Shown one piece after another: positions 57,368-64,000 of a stretch of 64,000 nucleotides of DNA (positions within the stretch are counted from its first letter, which is position 1; every line of letters begins with the position of its first letter). This stretch comes from an uncultured Bacteroidaceae bacterium. Its GTDB lineage: Bacteria > Bacteroidota > Bacteroidia > Bacteroidales > Bacteroidaceae. Where the stretch lies: positions 37,275-101,274 of the forward strand of contig CAKQYA010000005.1 in NCBI GenBank assembly GCA_934293005.1, read 5' to 3'. The notes beneath the pieces were generated by a model. It did not search any database and was not told the origin of the DNA. It worked only from the letters and a program-made list of their open reading frames with translations. Both the position numbers and the translations under genes were made by a program.

Positions 57368-58234
57368 TCACTTTGCGGCTGCAGCAACATCGTCTTTAAC
57401 AGGCTCGCCATTCTTTTTTAACGATTGTTTGTATATCTGGTCTGCCTCTTTCATATATTTGCTATCAGGAAACTCGTTTTTGAAACCGAAGTACTCGTCT
57501 ATTGCCTGTTGGAATCGTTCATCCTTTTTTTCTTCAATGCTTCGCGCTGCCAATTGGTATCGGCAACGAAGAATCAGCATGTACAGGTCTTCGCGCAGTT
57601 TGGTGTATGGAAATGATTTTAGTGCGTTTTCAGCGGTGATGATGCTTGCCTCATAGTTGTTGCCACCGAAGTAGCAGTTTCCGTTATATCCGCCAAGGTC
57701 GTAATATAGCTTTGCAGCTTCATATTCTTTAAGCACCAGCCTGTCTTGCAGCTCATATATCATGTCGTTCACCTCTTCTCTCTTTGTCGAGTAGGGATAA
57801 AAGTCGAGAAACTCCTGCAAGGTGTTGAGAGCTGAGTATGTCGGTGACTGATCCAGTCTTGGGTCAGGACTTTGCCTATAGAGGGCCTTGCCGCTGTAGA
57901 ATCGCGCCAATTCGGTATATTCGCCTTTAGGGTAGCTTTTCACATACCTGTCGAGGTAGAGTGATGCCGTTTCATAGTCGCGAAGGTTGTAGTAGCACAT
58001 GCTGAGCATGAACAGCGACTCCTCGCCGTGGTCATATCCTTTCATTGCCACAATAAGACCTTCGAGCAGCTGGTAAGCCCTCGTGTATTGTCCGCTGGCA
58101 TAGCATTCTTTTGCTGCCTCGTATTTGTATTCTATGTCTGTTGATTTCAGCACTCTGTTGTATGAGTTGCACGAACTCATCAGCGAACTTATCGCTATTG
58201 CTGAAACCGTTCCAATCGACAATAATCTTTTCAT
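57368..58234 (-). CDS. bamD: outer membrane protein assembly factor BamD (TPR lipoprotein)
   Basis: 288 aa; lipoprotein signal ...LMSSC; TPR helices; conserved bamD-rpoZ synteny. Confidence 0.75.
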   Translation of the reverse strand: MKRLLSIGTVSAIAISSLMSSCNSYNRVLKSTDIEYKYEAAKECYASGQYTRAYQLLEGLIVAMKGYDHGEESLFMLSMCYYNLRDYETASLYLDRYVKSYPKGEYTELARFYSGKALYRQSPDPRLDQSPTYSALNTLQEFLDFYPYSTKREEVNDMIYELQDRLVLKEYEAAKLYYDLGGYNGNCYFGGNNYEASIITAENALKSFPYTKLREDLYMLILRCRYQLAARSIEEKKDERFQQAIDEYFGFKNEFPDSKYMKEADQIYKQSLKKNGEPVKDDVAAAAK

Positions 58235-58385
58235 TCCTAAATACTATTATAGTGCAAAGTTACGTTTTTTTTGCCTAAGTATAGCCATGTGATATTGATT
58301 ATTTCACTTTTATTGGCTAAAATGCTGTCCGATTATCAAATAAAGTAGTAATTTTGCATTTCGATAAGATAAACAGGCAAGTGTA

Positions 58386-60419
58386 ATGGATTTCAAACTA
58401 AAATCACAGTTTAAGCCAACCGGCGACCAACCACAAGCGATTGAACAGCTTACCCAGGGTGTCAGGGATGGCCTCCCTGCCCAAGTACTCATGGGTGTCA
58501 CTGGCTCAGGCAAGACGTTTACCATGGCAAATGTCATACAGAATATTGGCAGGCCAGCGCTGATTTTCAGCCATAACAAGACTCTTGCCCATCAGCTTTA
58601 CGCAGAGATGAAGGCTTTTTTCCCTGACAATGCGGTGGAGTATTATGTGAGCTACTACGATTATTATCAACCAGAGGCATATATACCATCAACCAACACG
58701 TATATAGAAAAGGATCTTGCCATCAATGACGAGCTTGACCGCAGCAGGCTTGCTGCGATATCTTCGCTGCTGTCAGGACGCAAGGATGTCATAATAGTAT
58801 CTTCTGTGTCGTGCATTTATGGAATGGGAGCACCTACGAGTTATGCCGAGAGCATACTTCACATATCTGTAGATGAGGAATTGCCGCAAGAGTCTTTGAG
58901 GCGCAAACTGGTTGACATGCTCTATGTCAACAATGATTTGGCGGAACCAGGCGAACTGGAGCGCGGGCAATTTCGTGTCAAGGGCGAAACTGTCGACATA
59001 TACCTTGCTTATGAGGAGAAAATTCTGCGCATCTCGTATTTTGATGATACAATAGATGAGATACAGGAATTGGACATCCAGACATTGTATCCTATAGCTT
59101 CTTTTGATGAGTATCAGATTTACCCAGCCAATCTCTTCATGACCAGCAAGGAACAGCAAAAGTGCGCTATACGTATGATTGAGCATGACTTGCAAGAGCG
59201 TATAGACTACTATATGGAACGTGGAGAAGAAGACAGGGCGAAGCAGATTGAGATGAGGGTCAATAATGATCTTGAATGGATTCGCGAGACGGGGCATTGT
59301 TCTGGCATAGAGAACTACTCTCGCTATTTTGATGGCAGAGAAGCGGGACAGCGCCCTTATTGCCTTCTTGATTTTTTTCCTGAAGATTACTTGCTTATCA
59401 TAGATGAGAGCCATCAATCTATACCGCAGGTTAAGGCCATGTGGGGCGGTGACCGCCGTCGCAAGGAGAATCTGGTTGAGTATGCATTCCGTTTGCCTGC
59501 TGCGCTTGACAATCGCCCTCTGACTCTGAATGAGTTTGAACAACTCACGCCGCAGACAATCTATGTGTCGGCGACACCTGCCGAGTATGAGCTTGAGAAA
59601 GCAGACGGTGTGATTGTGGAGCAGCTGATACGCCCAACGGGCTTGCTTGATCCACCGATTGAAGTGAGGCCGAAACGCAACTTCATGGACGACCTCCTTG
59701 AGGAAATACATCGTCGCATCGAGGCTGATGAGCGCACTCTTGTCATCACGTCTACAAAAAGGCAGGCTGAGGAGGTGTCACGGTTCTTCAATGAAGTCAA
59801 TGTGAACGCTAATTATATACATTCCGATGTCGACACATTTGACCGTGTTGAGATTCTCAGCAAGTTTCGTGCAGGCGTATACGATGTGCTCATAGGCATC
59901 AACCTTTTGCGTGAGGGGCTCGACATACCAGAGGTGTCGCTTGTTGCCATACTTGATGCTGATTTTCAGGGTTTCTTGCGTGACCATCGCTCACTCGTGC
60001 AGATTATAGGAAGGGCAGCGCGAAATGTCAACGGTCTCGCCATCATGTATGCTGATACCATAACAGACATGATGCAGCTCACGATTGATGAGACTATGAG
60101 AAGACGCAAGAAGCAGCAGCTCTACAATGAAGAGCATGGCATCACGCCTACGCAGATACGCAAGGCTCAGGTTGCCATTAAGGAACATAAGCCTATAGAT
60201 TATTTGGGTGATGCGTTTATTGAAGAAAATGCAAGCATGGCTGCTGAGTCGATGCCTGACAGCATATACAATGCCATGACTGCCGATGAATTGGAAAAAG
60301 CCATCCTGCGCAACAGAAAACTTATGAAAGAGGCTGCAAAGAAGATGGAGTTTATGCAGGCTGAGGAATACAAGCAGGAGGTTATTCGCATGGAAGAACT
60401 GCTTAAGGGGAAAAGATGA
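58386..60419 (+). CDS. uvrB: excinuclease ABC subunit B
   Basis: 677 aa; Walker A GVTGSGKT, helicase motifs, C-terminal UVR domain. Confidence 0.9.
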   Translation: MDFKLKSQFKPTGDQPQAIEQLTQGVRDGLPAQVLMGVTGSGKTFTMANVIQNIGRPALIFSHNKTLAHQLYAEMKAFFPDNAVEYYVSYYDYYQPEAYIPSTNTYIEKDLAINDELDRSRLAAISSLLSGRKDVIIVSSVSCIYGMGAPTSYAESILHISVDEELPQESLRRKLVDMLYVNNDLAEPGELERGQFRVKGETVDIYLAYEEKILRISYFDDTIDEIQELDIQTLYPIASFDEYQIYPANLFMTSKEQQKCAIRMIEHDLQERIDYYMERGEEDRAKQIEMRVNNDLEWIRETGHCSGIENYSRYFDGREAGQRPYCLLDFFPEDYLLIIDESHQSIPQVKAMWGGDRRRKENLVEYAFRLPAALDNRPLTLNEFEQLTPQTIYVSATPAEYELEKADGVIVEQLIRPTGLLDPPIEVRPKRNFMDDLLEEIHRRIEADERTLVITSTKRQAEEVSRFFNEVNVNANYIHSDVDTFDRVEILSKFRAGVYDVLIGINLLREGLDIPEVSLVAILDADFQGFLRDHRSLVQIIGRAARNVNGLAIMYADTITDMMQLTIDETMRRRKKQQLYNEEHGITPTQIRKAQVAIKEHKPIDYLGDAFIEENASMAAESMPDSIYNAMTADELEKAILRNRKLMKEAAKKMEFMQAEEYKQEVIRMEELLKGKR

Positions 60420-60550
60420 TCTTAAATCTGATTCGGCATCAGGCTGATGCCTATTGTGGGGTTGTGCATTAGTCGTTCTGTCCAACTCTTGCCAAAGTCG
60501 TTCTTCGGCATGTTGTTTTGCGCGTGCTATGCATGCGCATGAAACACCCG

Positions 60551-60638
60551 TAAAAAGTATCTTAGGATACTTGGTCAAGTATATTAGGATACTTTGCAAA
60601 GTATCTTAGGATACTTCGCCAAGTATCCTTACCCTCTT
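60551..60638. repeat. palindrome array, locus C (GATACTT-N4-AAGTATC units x4)
   Basis: taaaaAGTATCTTAGGATACTTggtcAAGTATattAGGATACTTtgcaAAGTATCTTAGGATACTTcgccAAGTATCCTtaccctctttttt. Confidence 0.8.
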
Positions 60639-60737
60639 TTTTGACGGATAATTTTGTTTCCATGCCCTTTGTTGTTATACGCACATGGGATGGAAAAGAC
60701 TTTGGCCCAAACGGTGACAAGAATTGAAAAGAATCCC

Positions 60738-60803
60738 CCAATTTACTAATGACCTCCATTAGAAAAATGACAAGAAGCTTTTTCTGATGTCCGATTGGGA
60801 ACA
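60738..60803. repeat. degenerate MITE-TIR-like inverted pair (cccaatttactaatgacc ... gatgtccgattggg)
   Basis: both arms resemble cccaaatctaatgacc / gaccgatttggg; ~30-bp spacer. Confidence 0.4.
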
Positions 60804-61086
60804 AATGATTGTTTGTTGCCTTTGTTGTCAGGGACTGGTTGGACATAATGGAAAACAACCCGCAAAGGAAGGGAAGAGCATCTTAGTTTTGACGCTTCTG
60901 CTTACCTTTATGGGCTGTTTGTTGTTATTGCTAATGTGATTTTGTTAAGTAGGTGCTCAAAATTATTTTATTATATCAAAGTAAGCTGCTCTCATATTTG
61001 TCGCACTCTCTCTCTTGAGTGCGTCAAATATAAAAATAATTATGAACACATACTTAAGTTAGCCAAGAATGAAACTTTGACTTCTC

Positions 61087-61440
61087 TTATTTCAGTATCT
61101 TATTGGTGACCTTGTCGGGGAATGCCACTTGTGGCTTAAACGACTTGGCCTCTTCGTAGTCCATCAAGGCATAAGACATGATGATCACGATGTCATCAAC
61201 CAGCACTTTGCGAGCTGCTGCCCCATTGAGGCAGATGCATCCGCTGCCGCGCTCGCCCTTGATGACATATGTGTCAAAGCGTTCGCCGTTATTGTTGTCT
61301 ACAATATGCACACGTTCGCCTGCGATGAGGCCAACGGCATCCATCAGGTCTTCGTCAATAGTGATGCTGCCCATGTAATTGAGGTTGGCTTCCGTCACCC
61401 TCACGCAGTGCAGCTTCGATTTTAGTACTTCTATCTGCAT
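61087..61440 (-). CDS. panD: aspartate 1-decarboxylase
   Basis: 117 aa; [33 protein letters not shown] (pyruvoyl-forming G-S site). Confidence 0.9.
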   Translation of the reverse strand: MQIEVLKSKLHCVRVTEANLNYMGSITIDEDLMDAVGLIAGERVHIVDNNNGERFDTYVIKGERGSGCICLNGAAARKVLVDDIVIIMSYALMDYEEAKSFKPQVAFPDKVTNKILK

Positions 61441-61514
61441 GTCTGTTGTTTGTGGTGGATGAAAAGTGGTGAGGCATGTGGTTGCCTTTGCTTTTCCGCT
61501 ACTCCTCCGTTCGT

Positions 61515-62384
61515 TTATTTATAGTTGATGTTGTCAATCAATCTGATGGGCGTCGCACCGCAGAATACAGTGATGCATCCTTGTATGTGATCGGCTTTGT
61601 CCCATGAGTCCACAGTTTCCAGTGTGTTGGCATTGACTATGTCGTAATATTGAACCTCAAGCCCATCCACAGCATTGATGGCGTCAATTGTCATTTGTTT
61701 TGTCTCTTTCACGGTGTGGCTCTTGCTGAAGTCTACACTTGCTTTGATGGCTTTGTATATTCTTGGTGCGATAGAACGTTCTGAAGGTGTGAGCAGGGTG
61801 TTGCGGCTTGACAAAGCCAACCCGTCATTTTCTCTCACTATGGGGCAAGGGCAGATGGTGAGGCGTTCTGCCCACTCTGCTTTTTGCTGCTTGTAGTCGT
61901 TTACCATAGCGCATATCACGGCTATCTGCTGAAAATCTTTTTCTCCGAAATATGCTCTGTCGGGCTCTACGAACATGAACAGTTTGCTCACAATCTGGCA
62001 CACACCGTTAAAATGTCCTGGACGGAAGGCACCTTCCATCACTGTGTCAGTTGGAGGGTATGAGAATGAGCGGGTGTCGGGTTCTGGATAGACCTCTTCC
62101 ACGCTTGGCGCAAACACATAAGTGGCGCCTATGCTCTCTAATAATTTGCAATCTGCATCGAGGGTGCGTGGGTATACCTCAAGGTCTTTCTTGTCATTGA
62201 ATTGTGTGGGATTGACAAATACGCTCACCACTGTGGCGTCGTTCTCAGCTACACTCCTTTTCACCAAAGATGCGTGGCCCTGATGGAGGGCACCCATTGT
62301 CGGAACCAGTCCGATACGCTTGTTATCTTTTCTTAGGGCAGAAACTTTAGCCTTAAGTTCCTTTACTGAATTGATAATTTCCAT
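61515..62384 (-). CDS. panC: pantoate--beta-alanine ligase
   Basis: ORF extends to 62504 but conserved start is [11 protein letters not shown]...[16 protein letters not shown]; rc TACCTTTG box at 62431-62438. Confidence 0.85.
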   Translation of the reverse strand: MEIINSVKELKAKVSALRKDNKRIGLVPTMGALHQGHASLVKRSVAENDATVVSVFVNPTQFNDKKDLEVYPRTLDADCKLLESIGATYVFAPSVEEVYPEPDTRSFSYPPTDTVMEGAFRPGHFNGVCQIVSKLFMFVEPDRAYFGEKDFQQIAVICAMVNDYKQQKAEWAERLTICPCPIVRENDGLALSSRNTLLTPSERSIAPRIYKAIKASVDFSKSHTVKETKQMTIDAINAVDGLEVQYYDIVNANTLETVDSWDKADHIQGCITVFCGATPIRLIDNINYK

Positions 62385-62689
62385 TGTTTTCTGTTTGGGG
62401 TCTATGACCCGTGTTTTTTGAATGCGGATGCAAAGGTACGAAAATAATCTTACATGAGTGTATATAGTGATGAAAAAACAGGAAGTTGAGGTCTCAAAGG
62501 ACATGGATGCGGCCGTTTTGGCACATTATGTAGACATTTTCTTTGTCATATCCAATAAAAACCGTAATTTTGCAAGATAATTGAAACACGGCAGCCGGTA
62601 TCTGTTGTTTTTAGGATGACGCTTCTCTTTTTGGGGGCAAGGATGCATTCAGATCTGGCAAATATTTTTTTAATTCAGAGATAAGTACA

Positions 62690-64000
62690 ATGAAACAGAC
62701 AAAGATTGTTGCGTCCATTAGTGACCGTAGATGCAGTGAGGATTTCATCCGCCAGTTGTTTGAAGCAGGTATGGATGTGGTGCGTATGAATACAGCGCAC
62801 GCCACACCTGAAGGCATTCGCGAAATTATCAATAATGTACGGAGCGTGTCGCCTCACATAGGTTTGCTCATCGATACAAAAGGACCAGAGGTCCGCACTA
62901 CGGGGTGTGAAGCTCCCATTAGCTATAAAGCTGGAGAGATTGTGAGTATTTACGGTCGTCCTGAAGCGGATTCTGAGCATGATGTCATTAGTTTGTCGTA
63001 TGCTGACATTGCTGCTGATGTCAAGGTCGGCGATGACATCCTTTTTGATGACGGGGCGCTTTGCATGCGCGTCACAGCTATAAATGGAGACGAGATTGTT
63101 GCGGAAGTACAAAATGACGGGGTTCTTGGCGCTCACAAGAGCGTGAATGTTCCTGGGGCTCATATCGATTTGCCTGCGTTGACAGAGAAAGATAAACGCA
63201 ACATACGTCTGGCTGCAGAGGAACGAATAGATTTCATTGCTCATTCTTTTGTGCGCAGTGCCGCAGATGTGAAGGCTGTCCAGGATATCCTTGATGAGTG
63301 CGGAAGTCCGATTAAAATCATTTCAAAGATTGAGAACCAGGAGGGTGTGGATAATATTGATGAAATTATCGAAGCTTCATATGGTATCATGATAGCACGT
63401 GGTGACTTGGGCATTGAGGTGCCTATAGAACGCATACCGGGCATTCAGCGCATAATCATACGCAAATGCGTGCAGGCGAAGAAGCCTGTCATAGTTGCTA
63501 CACAGATGCTCCATTCAATGATAGGCAACCCGCGTCCTACGCGCGCAGAAGTCACCGACATAGCCAATGCCATATATTACCGTACTGATGCTCTCATGCT
63601 CAGTGGCGAGACTGCCAGCGGAAAGTATCCTGTGGAAGCGGTGCGAACAATGGCGCAGGTGGCTGAGCAGGCTGAGAAGGACAAGTTGCGTGAGAATGAC
63701 ATTGCGCTTCAACTTGAAAGGGGGTGCTCTGTTAGGGATTTCCTTGCTCATAGTGCTATTCAGGCCACTGGCATCATGGATGTGAAGGGTATCATTACTG
63801 ACTGCTCGACGGGCATGACTGCGCGTCATCTTGCTGCTTTCCGTGGTCCCAACCCGGTGCTTGCCATTTGCTATACAGAGCAATTGCAGCGTTGGCTGAG
63901 CTTGAGCTATGGCATAATCCCTATCTATCAGAAAGGGCATATGGCATCGCCTGAAATATACCCTACGGCTGTGCGCATGCTGTGCCAGAAGGGCTACTTG
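62690..64000 (+). CDS. pyk: pyruvate kinase (3' end outside window)
   Basis: open frame from ATG 62690 to window end: MKQTKIVASISDRRCSEDFIRQLFEAGMDVVRMNTAHATPEG...LIDTKGPEVRT; absent from ORF track because no stop in window. Confidence 0.85.
   Translation, partial: MKQTKIVASISDRRCSEDFIRQLFEAGMDVVRMNTAHATPEGIREIINNVRSVSPHIGLLIDTKGPEVRTTGCEAPISYKAGEIVSIYGRPEADSEHDVISLSYADIAADVKVGDDILFDDGALCMRVTAINGDEIVAEVQNDGVLGAHKSVNVPGAHIDLPALTEKDKRNIRLAAEERIDFIAHSFVRSAADVKAVQDILDECGSPIKIISKIENQEGVDNIDEIIEASYGIMIARGDLGIEVPIERIPGIQRIIIRKCVQAKKPVIVATQMLHSMIGNPRPTRAEVTDIANAIYYRTDALMLSGETASGKYPVEAVRTMAQVAEQAEKDKLRENDIALQLERGCSVRDFLAHSAIQATGIMDVKGIITDCSTGMTARHLAAFRGPNPVLAICYTEQLQRWLSLSYGIIPIYQKGHMASPEIYPTAVRMLCQKGYL

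Noticed and set aside
58773-59711. 312-aa minus-strand ORF inside uvrB
   Set aside because: Antisense shadow ORF; uvrB is unambiguous.
60562-60858. 98-aa minus ORF spanning palindrome array C
   Set aside because: It is composed of repeat sequence and has no support.
1-64000. CRISPR arrays, integrases/transposases, toxin-antitoxin or restriction-modification genes
   Set aside because: No direct-repeat/spacer periodicity and no ORF with recognisable integrase, transposase, nuclease or methyltransferase motifs were seen.

Overview
The window is a 64 kb chromosomal region on both strands. It looks like Bacteroidota, probably Prevotellaceae/Bacteroidales: roughly 45-50% GC, Bacteroidetes-type TAnnTTTG -7 promoter boxes, a T9SS C-terminal sorting domain, the Bat aerotolerance operon and a DUF4295 gene after rpmB-rpmG. 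Content is mostly core housekeeping. The main genes are:
- Nucleotide metabolism: purF, carA-carB, guaA, pyrG, and a convergent upp/uracil-permease pair.
- Translation and RNA: lysS, rpmB-rpmG-DUF4295, tRNA-Arg(TCT), a probable tRNA-Cys(GCA), ftsY, rimO, tilS, rpoZ.
- Central metabolism: gpsA, pgi, pyk (3' partial), panD-panC, and a 5' partial gltB at the left edge.
- Envelope and repair: bamD, uvrB, mscS, a PAP2 phosphatase.
- The complete Bat oxygen-tolerance operon (moxR, DUF58, TM protein, batA-E).
- A small CAZyme cluster (GH43+CBM6-like, GH97) followed by a 998-aa T9SS-sorted cargo protein with two duplicated beta-rich modules.

The features most worth a second look are:
1. A low-GC islet holding a family-2 glycosyltransferase (GT2) whose reading frame is broken exactly inside a G7 homopolymer. 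The peptide motif on either side joins perfectly if the tract were G8, so this is a candidate slipped-strand phase-variable surface-glycan gene (or a homopolymer sequencing error).
2. An array of 22-bp perfect palindromes (GATACTT-N4-AAGTATC) tandemly iterated at three separate intergenic loci.
3. An approximately 200-bp MITE-like element with ~22-bp terminal inverted repeats in two full copies (one wedged between a distal promoter and the pyrG start codon, one abutting the upp stop codon), plus solo or partial TIR palindromes elsewhere.
4. A long (about 560 nt) pyrG leader containing a terminator-like hairpin, a possible attenuator.
5. A pair of HU-fold genes after rimO, the second fused to an acidic linker, a TM helix and a C-terminal LysM domain.

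No CRISPR array, integrase, transposase or recognisable defence/toxin genes were seen.
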